A stretch of DNA of 64,000 nucleotides. It comes from Eledone cirrhosa (taxonomy: Eukaryota). The notes under the pieces are model-generated. The model did not search any database, was not told the DNA's origin, and was given only the letters and a program-made list of their open reading frames with translations. Position 1 is the first letter of the stretch. Each line of letters begins with the position of its first letter. The translations under genes and the position numbers were made by a program. The stretch covers positions 23,374,001-23,438,000 of the forward strand of contig OZ024763.1 of assembly GCA_964016885.1 (NCBI GenBank), in the 5' to 3' direction. Positions 1 through 10,829 of the stretch are shown one piece after another.

Positions 1-535
1 TATATATATATAGGTTGAATATATGGCAAAGCATATCGATGTAAGTGGAGTTACTTAAATGAAAATATAGGTGGCCCTTAAAAGGGCCCAAAAGAGGAAC
101 AAGTCAACATCATTGGATACCATCAGGGTTGCAGGTGTTATATCAGAGTTTTCCTTCTCCTAGAAGTCTGCCTTGACAAAGGCTAAGGGGTCATCTCTCC
201 CGGTGATTTTGGATGGCCATTGACTCTTAAGAGCTCCTTTGCCCTTTGACAGGTTTTGCTTTTAGTCCTGCAGGATGTCCAAAGTCACCCTCCTCACCAA
301 GAAACCTTGGTGGGGTTGCCAGTTTAGTCGCCAACGACCTGACCATGAGACAGGTTGTACTTAGATACATGTTACCAGTAGCACCAACTGGTGACCTGAC
401 ATGTATATATACATACATATATATATATATATATAGATATATACATACATACATATACATACATATATATATATATATACATAAATTAATAAAATAATGA
501 ATAAACAAAGAAACAGTTCCTTATATTAAAAAAAT

Positions 536-677
536 TCATAATTTTACGATCGTTTCTAGGATATATATGTGTTAGAGTTGGTATGCATATTCTATAGATC
601 TATGTACAATATTTATACAAACTATCAGAGGGAATATACATACCTACACATATATATGCTGTCTTCAGAAATAATGA
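536..677 (-). ncRNA. Type I hammerhead ribozyme motif with long stem II (Penelope-like/retrozyme type)
   Basis: Minus strand reads TCATTATTT-CTGAAGA-[hairpin ATATATATGTGT..GGTATGTATATTC / GAATATGCATACC..ACACATATATAT]-GAAAC-GATC-GTA-AAATTATGA. It has the conserved core, a palindromic stem III loop, a GUA triplet and a stem I with one mismatch. Confidence 0.7.
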
Positions 678-1133
678 TATTTGTTTATTGAAAAAAAACA
701 AAGATTCAATACAATAGGTCTGTTTGGGAACAGGTTTTGAATTGACCAATAGAGAGATAGTGAGGGTCAAGATAGTAATATAGTAGTAGAAGAACCTTAA
801 ATTATGGGTAGAGGAAGGTAGATTTCAGTTTTGGATGGAAAAGAATATTATGAATGAAGGATTATTTTAGGGAAGAAATAGGTCTTATGCTGACCTCAGA
901 AATAATTTTATTTGTTCATTGAATAAAACCAACAAAGATCTAATATATTCTGTCTGTTTGGTAAGAGGTTTAGAATTAACCAATAGAAAGTTAATAATTT
1001 ATCTTGACTCTGTTTTCCGTTTATTTTTCACCAAAAGTAGTTTTTGAATGCATCTCTTCTTTCCATGATATCCGGATTACATTGAGTTCTTCATACGGAT
1101 TGGACACTACCGTAAACTTTTGGTAGACTTATC

Positions 1134-1170
<37 letters not shown>

Positions 1171-1435
1171 GTTGATGATGATGATACAGAATATAATCAC
1201 AATATATACACTATATATACACAGTATCATGAATTGAACAGATAACCTTATTATAAGCTGAACAGCCACACATCTGTGTCACAAAATGTCATCACATGGT
1301 GATGTCAGCTTATAGACGAGGCTGTGTTTAGGAAACCATACTTGAGGACAGGAAACGGCACTTTTCAGGTCAACACTATATTTTAGACAGCAAGAAATGC
1401 GTCTCACTAATGCATGCACTTAGACAAACACACAC

Positions 1436-1652
1436 CATCATCATCATCATCATCATCACCAATTTTATGTCCGTTCTTCCACAGTAGCATGGATTAGACG
1501 GGTTGTCCTGTTGTGGGCAGTGTCCGGTCGGCTGAACCATGTCTTGCTCATACGGGAACTGATTCTGGCTTGATTTCTACAGCTGGATGCCCTTCCTAAC
1601 ACCAACCTCATTTACAGTGAGTGCTGGGTGGCGCCTACACGTCCACTTTGCA
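1436..1652 (-). mobile_element. 5'-truncated RTE LINE 3' end with (GAT)n tail
   Basis: Reverse complement closely matches the 3' UTR and tail of the intact RTE at 60050-60265. Confidence 0.85.
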
Positions 1653-1654
1653 GT

Positions 1655-1815
1655 GATCCCAGTCCCTATCATCTCATTTCTACAGCTGAGTAAACTGGAG
1701 CAATGTGAAATAAAGTGTCTTGCTCAAGGAAACAACACATCACCCGATCTGAGAATTGAACTCACAACCTTTTGGTTGCAAAGCCAATGCTCTAACCACT
1801 AAGCCATGTGCCTCC
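1655..1815 (-). mobile_element. tRNA-head SINE fragment (second SINE family)
   Basis: CAGCTGAGTAAACTGGAGCA..GTGTCTTGCTCAAGG body plus minus-strand A/B-box-like head; a related copy lies at 44430-45462. Confidence 0.6.
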
Positions 1816-2139
1816 ACACATATATATATATACATTCATATATATACATTCATATATATATATATATATGAATGTATATATATATATGTACATATATGGT
1901 GTTCGTTTAGTCCATTTATAAAAGAGTTCTTTCATATATAAACATATATATACATATACACACAGGGTGTAGACAGAATTGGCGTTCTGTTTAAACAATG
2001 AATAATATATCCTTTTGAAAGCTTTCGTTTCATTTAGTGCTTGGCTTAGAAAAATACAAAGTACACTGAGAAGTGGAAAAGTAGAGGTGCTGGTGTACAC
2101 AGGTTCTGCCAGTATCCATAAAAGGACATTGTTGACAAC

Positions 2140-2984
2140 TTAACCCTTCAGCATTTAAACCGGCTGTATCCAGCCAGAATTCTCTCACCTCTTTCTGTTC
2201 AAACTAGCTGTATCCGGCCAGAATTCTCTCGCCCCTTACTGTTCAAACTGGCTGTAACTGGCCAGAATCCTCTCACCCCTTTCTGTTCAAACTGGCTGTA
2301 ACCGGCCAGAATCCTCTGACCCCTTACTGTTCAAACTGGCTGTAACCGGCCAGAATTCTCTCTTCTCTTTCTGATTGAACTGGCTGTATCCAGCCAGAAT
2401 TATCTAACCTCTTTCTGTTCAAACTGGCTGTATCCAGCCAGAATTCTCTCACCTCTTTCTGTTCAAACTAGCTGTATCCGGCCAGAATTCTCTCACCCCT
2501 TACTGTTCAAACTGGCTGTAACCGGCCAGAATCCTCTGACCCCTTACTGTTCAAACTGGCTGTAACCGGCCAGAATTCTCTCTCCTCTTTCTGATTGAAC
2601 TGGCTGTATCCAGCCAGAATTCTCTCACCTCTTACTGTTCAAACTGGCTGTAACCGGCCAGAATTATCTAACCTCTTTCTGTTCAAACTGGCTGTATCCG
2701 GCCAGAATTCTCTCACCCCTTACTGTTCAAACTGGCTGTAACCGGCCAGAATTCTTTCACCCCTTACTGTTCAAACTGGCTGTGGCCAGCCAAACTTCTC
2801 TCACCTCTTTCTGTTCAAATTGGCTGTAACCAGCTGTTCATACTGATGTTAAGGTATTGTTCTCAAAATAAATAATATCAAAATCTTATAGATTCGATAT
2901 GTGAGATGTTATTTGAGGTAAAACCATTACCGTGAAAATACCATAGTATATATAGAGTACTGTAAATGAATGCTAAAGTGTTTA
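2140..2984. mobile_element. TTAA-type (piggyBac-like) MITE, copy A, with internal 44-bp array
   Basis: Starts TTAA-CCCTTCAGCATTTAAA and ends with a degenerate ATGCTAAAGTGTTTA; the body matches the unexpanded copy at 52606-52883. Confidence 0.8.
2160..2833. repeat. 44-bp minisatellite, ~15 copies
   Basis: Unit CTGTTCAAACTGGCTGTAACCGGCCAGAATTCTCTCACCTCTTT. Confidence 0.95.
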
Positions 2985-3106
2985 TATTTATCTAAAAACC
3001 TTCCATAATTTTATGTAAGAACCTTTAAGTTATGTTCCAAACATCAGCTTAATAATAATGTTTGTTATATTACTAAATCCCTCTAAATTTGTGATTATTT
3101 TATAAA

Positions 3107-3525
3107 TAAACTCATTAGCATTTACATTACACTATATTTACCATTGTATTTTCACAGTAAAGTCTTTACCTCACATAATATCTCACATAACATCTACATT
3201 ACTCTATATTTACTATTGTATTTTCACAGTAAAGGCTTTACTTCACATAATATCTCGCATAACATTTACAAAAATCTATATTTACTATTGTATTTTCACA
3301 GTGAAGTCTTTACCTCACATAATATCTCACATATCATTTACATTACTCTATATTTACTATTGTATTTTCATGATAAAGGCTTTACCTCACATAATATCGA
3401 ATCTATGAGATTTTGTTATTTATTTTGAGAACAATACCTTAACATCAGTATGAGCAGCCAGTTTGAACAGAAAGAGGTGAGCGAATTCTGGTCAGATACG
3501 GATGCTTTAAATGCTAAAGGGTTAA
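3107..3525. mobile_element. TTAA MITE copy B (opposite orientation to A) with ~4 units of the 72-bp repeat
   Basis: Ends TAAATGCTAAAGGG-TTAA; the left TIR is degenerate; internal 72-bp units are present. Confidence 0.8.
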
Positions 3526-3773
3526 GCTATGTTCCATAGACGAGATAAATAATGAGTTAGTTATATTACTAAATCCTTCTAAGTTCTTGATTATTTTCAA
3601 AATGATCTGCAAATAACAGGCTGTAGGTTTTGTTTAGAAATAGGGTAACCAAAGGGTTAAAATAACACTCAAGACAACATACAAATCGAAATACCATTTA
3701 CATGTCTTTTTTTTCCTATTTTTTTTCTGTTTCATGTAAAAAAAATATTCTTACTTTTCTTCACATTCTTCAG

Positions 3774-4736
3774 ATATTGAGCGAGATAAAGAAACTTTTC
3801 CCCAAAATTTGCTATAAGACCATAAAGAATGAGTGGCCAAAAGATGTATCTAATTGTTTTGATAATGAATGTAAGACATTGGTTGTAGCAGATGATTTCC
3901 AAAATGTATCGAAGGGAAATATCGAAGCAGATTTCAACAACTTCTATACAAATCTGCTTGTTTCTGACTACGTTAAACTCATAATGATTATCACTGGACC
4001 ATCAGAAAAGAAGCTTGATCTAGGAATCACACTTCACCTCAAACCACTCCAGGGGTTTGATTCCAACCAACTTTTCCAGCCATATTTACCTGAAAACTTA
4101 ACCTGTTCGGAAGATCTTGTCAATTTATGCTCCACGTTCTGCGACGATGTACCCGGAAGGATTGTGTCGTTGCGTAATAAACTGTTGCAGTGTCCTGCCA
4201 CTACCGACCCTAAAGAGATTTGTGAATTTCTATCGTCCATTTCAGACATCAATAGCTTTCTGCCTGAAAAATTTGCTGAGTCTTTTAAGCAATACCTCAA
4301 ACAGTTTTCCACAGAACAGCAAGAAACCCTTGCTAAACTGAGTTACTTTCCTGGTCAGTTCAGCCTCCATGATATGACAGCTTTGACAAATAATAAAGGA
4401 GGGGAACTGCAGACTAAATTCAATCTATTATATCCGTTAATGAACCAGGGCTTGATCAAGCCTATGGACCAAGCTAATACAGAGTTTGTGTTGCCACATG
4501 TCATACACCAATATTGCAGAAGCCACATGAAGCATGTCCTACATGAAGACAGTACCAAGTTGAAATTCAACCATATTATTGGAGAGGCTTTGATCGAGGC
4601 GGAGAGAATCAAAGAGAAGGGGTTACTCTACGATGTGACGGGAATATTTGAAAATAAGTGGCAGAGTTTCTCGCAGTTGATCAAGGAAGCCATTCACTCA
4701 GCTTCAGATGGAGAAAATTTTCAAATATATTGCAAG
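3774..4736 (+). CDS. Host gene exon a: C-terminal half of an NB-ARC/STAND-like NTPase plus winged-helix domain (gene 5'-incomplete)
   Basis: Acceptor ttcttcag|ATA and donor AAG|gtaggt; 963 nt, phase 0-0. Motifs occur in NB-ARC order: TLVVADD (Walker B), LIMIITG (sensor-1-like), LKPLQGFDSNQLF, FCDDVPGRI (GLPL position), LSYFPGQF, LMNQGLI..FVLPHVIHQY (MHD position). Confidence 0.85.
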
Positions 4737-5175
4737 GTAGGTTGCTATGTCTGTGTGTGTCTACATGTGTATGTGTGTGTGTGGGTATGTACCTGTGTGT
4801 GTGTGTGTGTATGTACCTGTGTGTGTGTGTGTGTATGTACCTGTGTGTGTGTGTAGGTATGTACATGTGTTTGTGTTTGTTGGTGTCTTTGTAGGTATGT
4901 ACGTGTGTGTGTAGATATTTATGGGACAAAACCGCCTAACCCATGCTAGCGTGGAAGATGGATGTTAAACATTGATGATGATGACATATATAAATACATA
5001 TATATATATATAGGAAGGGCATCCAGCCATAGGAAACCTGCCAGAGACACCTCCGTACGAGCGAGACATGATCACCCGACCAATCTTGTCTCAATTGGAA
5101 CAAAACCGTCTAACCCATGCTAGCATGGAAGATGGACATTAAACGTTGATGATGATGATGATATCTCAGTATCTT

Positions 5176-7319
5176 ACACATGCTAGCAACGCACCACACA
5201 TGCTAGCAACGCACCACACATGCTAGCAACGCACTACACATGCTAGCAACGCACCACACATGCTAGCAATGCTCTACACATGCTAGCAACGCACTACACA
5301 TGCTAGCAACGCACTACACATGCTAGCAACGCACCACACATGCTAGCAATGCTCTACACATGCTAGCAATGCACTACACATGCTAGCAACGCACTACACA
5401 TGCTAGCAATGCTCTACACATGCTAGCAACGCACTACACATGCTAGCAACGCACCACACATGCTAGCAAAGCACCACACATGCTAGCAACGCACCACACA
5501 TGCTAGCAACGCACTACACATGCTAGCAACGCACTACACATGCTAGCAAAGCACCACACATGCTAGCAACACACTACACATGGTAGCAACACACTACACA
5601 TGCTAGCAACGCACTACACATGCTAGCAACGCACCACACATGCTAGCAACGCACTACACATGCTAGCAACGCACCACACATGCTAGCAACGCACCACACA
5701 TGCTAGCAACGCACCACACATGCTAGCAATGCACTACATGGTAGCAACGCACTACACATGCTAGCAACGCACCACACATGCTAGCAATGCTCTACACATG
5801 CTAGCAACACACCACACATGCTAGCAACGCACTACACATGGTAGCAACGCACTACACATGCTAGCAATGCACCACACATGCTAGCAACGCACCACACATG
5901 CTAGCAACACACCACACATGCTAGCAACGCACTACACATGCTAGCAACGCACCACACATGCTAGCAATGCTCTACACATGCTAGCAACACACCACACATG
6001 CTAGCAACGCACTACACATGCTAGCAACACACCACACATGCTAGCAACACACCACACATGCTAGCAACACACCACACATGCTAGCAACACACCACACATG
6101 CTAGCAACACACCACACATGCTAGCAACACACCACACATGCTAGCAACGCACCACACATGTTAGCAACACACCACCCATGCTAGCAACGCACCACACATG
6201 TTAGCAACGCACCACACATGTTAGCAACACACCACCCATGCTAGCAACACACCACACATGTTAGCAACACACCACCCATGCTAGCAACACACCACCCATG
6301 CTAGCAACACACCACCCATGCTAGCAACACACCACCCATGCTAGCAACACACCACACATGCTAGCAACACACCACCCATGCTAGCAACACACCACCCATG
6401 CTAGCAACACACCACACATGCTAGCAACACACCACCCATGCTAGCAACGCACCACACATGTTAGCAACACACCACCCATGCTAGCAACACACCACCCATG
6501 CTAGCAACGCACCACACATGTTAGCAACACACCACCCATGCTAGCAACACACCACCCATGCTAGCAACACACCACACATGCTAGCAACACACCACCCATG
6601 CTAGCAACACACCACCCATGCTAGCAACACACCACACATGCTAGCAACACACCACCCATGCTAGCAACGCACCACACATGTTAGCAACACACCACCCATG
6701 CTAGCAACACACCACCCATGCTAGCAACGCACCACACATGTTAGCAACACACCACCCATGCTAGCAACACACCACCCATGCTAGCAACACACCACCCATG
6801 CTAGCAACGCACCACACATGCTAGCAACACACCACCCATGCTAGCAACGCACCACACATGTTAGCAACGCACCACACATGTTAGCAACACACCACCCATG
6901 CTAGCAACACACCACCCATGCTAGCAACGCACCACACATGTTAGCAACGCACCACACATGTTAGCAACACACCACCCATGCTAGCAACACACCACACATG
7001 CTAGCAACGCACCACACATGTTAGCAACGCACCACACATGTTAGCAACACACCACCCATGCTAGCAACACACCACACATGCTAGCAACGCACCACACATG
7101 CTAGCAATGCTCTACACATGCTAGCAACACACCACCCATGCTAGCAACACACCACACATGCTAGCAACGCACCACACATGTTAGCAACGCACCACACATG
7201 TTAGCAACACACCACCCATGCTAGCAACACACCACACATGCTAGCAACACACCACCCATGCTAGCAACACACCACACATGTTAGCAATGCACCACCCATG
7301 CTAGCAACACACCACCCAT
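5176..7319. repeat. 20-bp minisatellite, ~107 copies
   Basis: Unit CACATGCTAGCAACGCACCA with variants. Confidence 0.97.
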
Positions 7320-7419
7320 TTCTTCTTTCCAATTACTTCTGTTTCCCACTCCTTCTTTTGAATTCCTCCAGATTACCAACTTCTCTTGCATTCCTATGTT
7401 TCCTTCTCTTTCTTCTTCT

Positions 7420-7700
7420 TCTTCTTTGCCTTCTTCTTCTTTGCCTTCTTCTTCTTCTTTGCCTTCTTTGCCTTTTTCATGAGATGGCCGTGAAGAACAG
7501 CATCCTCACTGATCTGGCTGGATCCCCAAACAAGGTCAGCCAAGCTAATGGATGTTATCCAACCATCTTACTTGGCGGAGTCTGCCCCTGGGTCTCCTAC
7601 CAGTTGGTTTTGCTCCATAAAATCTGTCCAGTGATTCTTTCCTGAGACATTCTAACCACATGTCCATAGTATCAGAGCTGTGGTCTCTCAATTCGAAGTG
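7420..7700 (-). mobile_element. Degenerate RTE-like LINE 3' remnant with (AAG)n tail
   Basis: Minus-strand peptide GRRPRGRLRQVRWLDNI resembles the RTE C-terminal GRPR..W.D.I motif; a (GAA)n run follows. Confidence 0.5.
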
Positions 7701-8010
7701 CCCTGGGCCCTCCAAAGCATAAGTACTCCCAGGCCCCACAAAGGTCTAAATCAACCCTCCACACTCTAGCAACTTCAACTCAAATGTCAGAGTAGCTGTC
7801 AATTGTTGTTGTTGTTGCTACTGCCATCATCATCATCATCTTCCTATTACAGGTGGCAGTGGAAGCTCGTGACATCATAAGTTTGTTGCTGTTGTTACTA
7901 CTGCCATGAACCACCATCAACACTACCATCCACCACCACCACCACTACCATCCACCACCACCACCACTACCATCACCACCATCATCATCCTCGTTATCTT
8001 CTTATTTCAG

Positions 8011-8167
8011 GTAGCCGTAGAAGCTCGTGACATCATAACAACCTGTTTCCCTAAAGCTGCTAAAGAATTCTTCAAGTCCATTCTTGATGCCTCCAAGAGA
8101 CTTGGTACTGAACAACAGAAGGCTCTGCTCATGGTTTCCTATGGAAAATTCCTATCAGAAAACAACG
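8011..8167 (+). CDS. Host gene exon b
   Basis: Acceptor tatttcag|GTA and donor AACG|gtaaaa; 157 nt, phase 0-1; encodes VAVEARDIITTCFP..YGKFLSENN. Confidence 0.8.
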
Positions 8168-8317
8168 GTAAAACCCCTTTTCTATTGAAAACCCTTCGTT
8201 TCTCTTACCTTTCTGAAACGAACAAAAAAAAAACCCTTTTGTTTTTCAATTCTAATTTTCCCTTCAAGTTCTAATGAGATTTCTTTACAGAAGGTTGTAA
8301 CTTGATCTGTTTGATGT

Positions 8318-8797
8318 TTAACCCTTTAGCATTTAAACCGGCCAGCTTTCTGTTTAAACTGGCTGTAACTGGCCAGCATTCTATCACCTCTTTCTGTTAA
8401 AACTGGCTGTAACTGGCCAGAATTCTATCACCTCTTTCTGTTAAAACTGGCTGTAACTGGCCAGAATTCTATCACCTCTTTCTGTTAAAACTGGCTGTAA
8501 CCGGCCAGAATTCTCTCACCTCTTTCTGTTAAAACTGGCTGTAACCGGCCAGAATTCTCTCACCTCTTTCTGTTAAAACTGGCTGTAACTGGCCAGAATT
8601 CTCTCACCTCTTTCTGTTCAAACTGGCTGCTCATACTGATGTTAAGGTATTGTTCTCAAAATAAATATCAAAATCTTGTAGATTCAATATTATGTGAGAT
8701 AATTATGTGAAATAAAGGGTTTACCATGAAAATATAATAGTAAATACTGTGAAAATGTAATAGTAAATATAGAGTAATATAAATGCTAAAGGGTTAA
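8318..8797. mobile_element. TTAA MITE copy C with ~6 units of the 44-bp repeat
   Basis: TTAA-CCCTTTAGCATTTA ... TAAATGCTAAAGGG-TTAA; it sits in the GTTTAACGTC motif of an RTE tail with the TTAA duplicated. Confidence 0.9.
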
Positions 8798-9080
8798 CGT
8801 CTATCTTCCACGCTAGCATGGGTTAGACGGGTTTGTCCCATTTAGAGGCAAGTTGGAGCAGGTGACCATGTCTTGCTCATATAGGACTGTTTCTGGCTGT
8901 GTTTCTATGGCAAGATGTCCTTCCTAATGCCAACCACATTTACAGTGTGAATATATATATAATATATAAGTATATATATATATATATATGTATGTAAAGG
9001 GTAAACAGAAATAACAACACAATCAGTATAGTATATGGAAGGGATATATTAGGTTAATGCTTGCTATAGCAGGAAGAGGG

Positions 9081-9116
9081 TCTTAACGTTTCGGACGCTA
9101 GTCCTTCATCAGAAGA
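9081..9116 (-). ncRNA. Minimal type I hammerhead ribozyme motif
   Basis: Minus strand reads TCTT-CTGATGA-A-GGAC-TAGC-GTCC-GAAAC-GTT-AAGA. Confidence 0.6.
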
Positions 9117-9328
9117 AAAATTATAAATAAGATAGATTGAGGGGACGAGTGGGTTGGAATATTGTTTCTGGCTGGTTTTCTATGGCTGGATATCCTTCCT
9201 AACACCAACCACATTTACAGTGTGGGCTGGGTGCTTTTTGTTGTGACACGTACATGACCACATTTAAAGTGTGGGCTGCATGTTTTGTGGTTCCAACATA
9301 ACATACATATACACATACATATATCACG

Positions 9329-9517
9329 ATAATTGTTTCTACTTTAGGCACAAGGCCAGCAATTACCCAGTACATTACTGGTACTTTATTTTATCAACTC
9401 CGTAATGATGAAAGGCAAAGTTAACCTCGGCGGGATTTGAACTCAGACTGTAAAAGGCCGTAACTCTGTTTGAAAGCATGGCGTCTGACCCTCTACCGAT
9501 ACTGCCAATTCACCGCC
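9329..9517 (-). mobile_element. tRNA-derived SINE (family 1)
   Basis: Reverse complement of the 39800-39991 copy, with A box TGGCAGTATCGG and B box GAGTTCAAATCC. Confidence 0.85.
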
Positions 9518-9673
9518 GTTACATACATATATATATATATATATATATAATCATCATCATTGTTTAACGACCATCTTCCACGCTAGCATGGGTTAGACGG
9601 TTTTGTTCCACTTGATGTGAGATTGATCGGGAGACCGTGTCTCGCTTGTACGGTACTATTCTAGAATTCTAGA

Positions 9674-9704
<31 letters not shown>

Positions 9705-9883
9705 CTTGTGCGTATATACATAAATCATCATCATCACCACCATTTTACGTCCATTTTCCACGCTAGCATGTGTTAGACAAGTTGCCCTGTTGTGGACAAT
9801 GCTAGGTATTACTTTTTATCCTTCTCTGGAAGAAATCTGCTGTATTTAAACCTAGAGAGAGGAGATAGGCACTGCCAAGTTTC

Positions 9884-10410
9884 ATCATCATCATCATCAT
9901 CATCGTTTAACGTCTAGCTTCCATGCAAGCATGGGTTAGACGGGAATTGTCCCACTTGAGGCAAGATTGGTCAGGTGACTGTGTCTTGCTCGTATAGGAC
10001 TATTTGGCAGGTTTTCTACAGCTGGATGCTCTTCCTAACACCTACCACATTTACAGTGTGGACTGGGAACTTTTTACCGTGTTACCTACATGGCCACATT
10101 ACAGCGTGGACTGTGTGTTTTTTTGTCGTGACACCCCCACAACCTCATTAGTTTAGACTGGATGTTGTGGTACCAACATAACTTTACAGAGAAAGGGTGG
10201 TGTTGGCGGGAGTGGGAGGATGGAGTAGGGGTAGTGGGTTGGGGGTGCATATTTGGTTAAGCGGTGCTTACAAAATGCCCTAGATGTTGTGGTACCAACA
10301 TAACTTTACAGAGAAAGGGTGGTGTTGGCGGGAGTGGGGGGATGGAGTAGGGGTAGTGGGTTGGGGGGTGCATATTTGGTTAAGTGGTGCTTACAAAATG
10401 CCCTAGAAAC
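9884..10410 (-). mobile_element. Truncated RTE 3' UTR copy with internal ~125-bp duplication
   Basis: (CAT)n tail then GTTTAACGTC..CATGGGTTAGACGG; similar to 22255-22620; the segment ~10160-10283 is repeated. Confidence 0.75.
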
Positions 10411-10505
10411 TCCGTATGTCAGTATGGCACCCCTACGGGACCATGCATGAATGCTTCCATGCTTTGTTGTTAGTGTGGCTAAATTTTAATTGTTAATTTT
10501 CACAG

Positions 10506-10653
10506 ACAGCCTCGCTATCAAGGAATCGCAGTGGCACCTGAAATCTGCTTTGGAAGTCCTTGAGGATCATGGGTGTTATTACCAGTGTTTGTGGATCTAC
10601 AACTATATGAGTTTGAACTACTACAGGCAGGGCAAACTGAAGAAGGGCATCAG
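10506..10653 (+). CDS. Host gene exon c (TPR-like helices)
   Basis: Acceptor ttttcacag|AC and donor CAG|gtaagc; 148 nt, phase 1-2; encodes DSLAIKESQWHLKSALEVLEDHGCYYQCLWIYNYMSLNYYRQGKLKKGI. Confidence 0.85.
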
Positions 10654-10829
10654 GTAAGCAACCCTTCCAACAAAACATCATCATCATCATCGTTATCAAC
10701 ATTATCATCATCAACATTATCTCTATCATCATCATTATCTTCAGCATCATCACCACCACAATCAAGTATCATCATCACCATCATCATCACTATCATCATC
10801 ATCAAGTTGATAAATTATATTAAAATATT

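Noticed and set aside
120-400. Possible RTE 5'-UTR-like fragment with HDV-like ribozyme on the minus strand (GTCG-TTGG-CGAC-TAAACTGG)
   Set aside because: I could not build the full double pseudoknot by eye; it needs an Infernal/RNArobo search.
1200-2139. Upstream exon carrying the Walker A of the host gene
   Set aside because: No GxxGxGK[ST] and no open, splice-bounded segment found; it presumably lies before the window.
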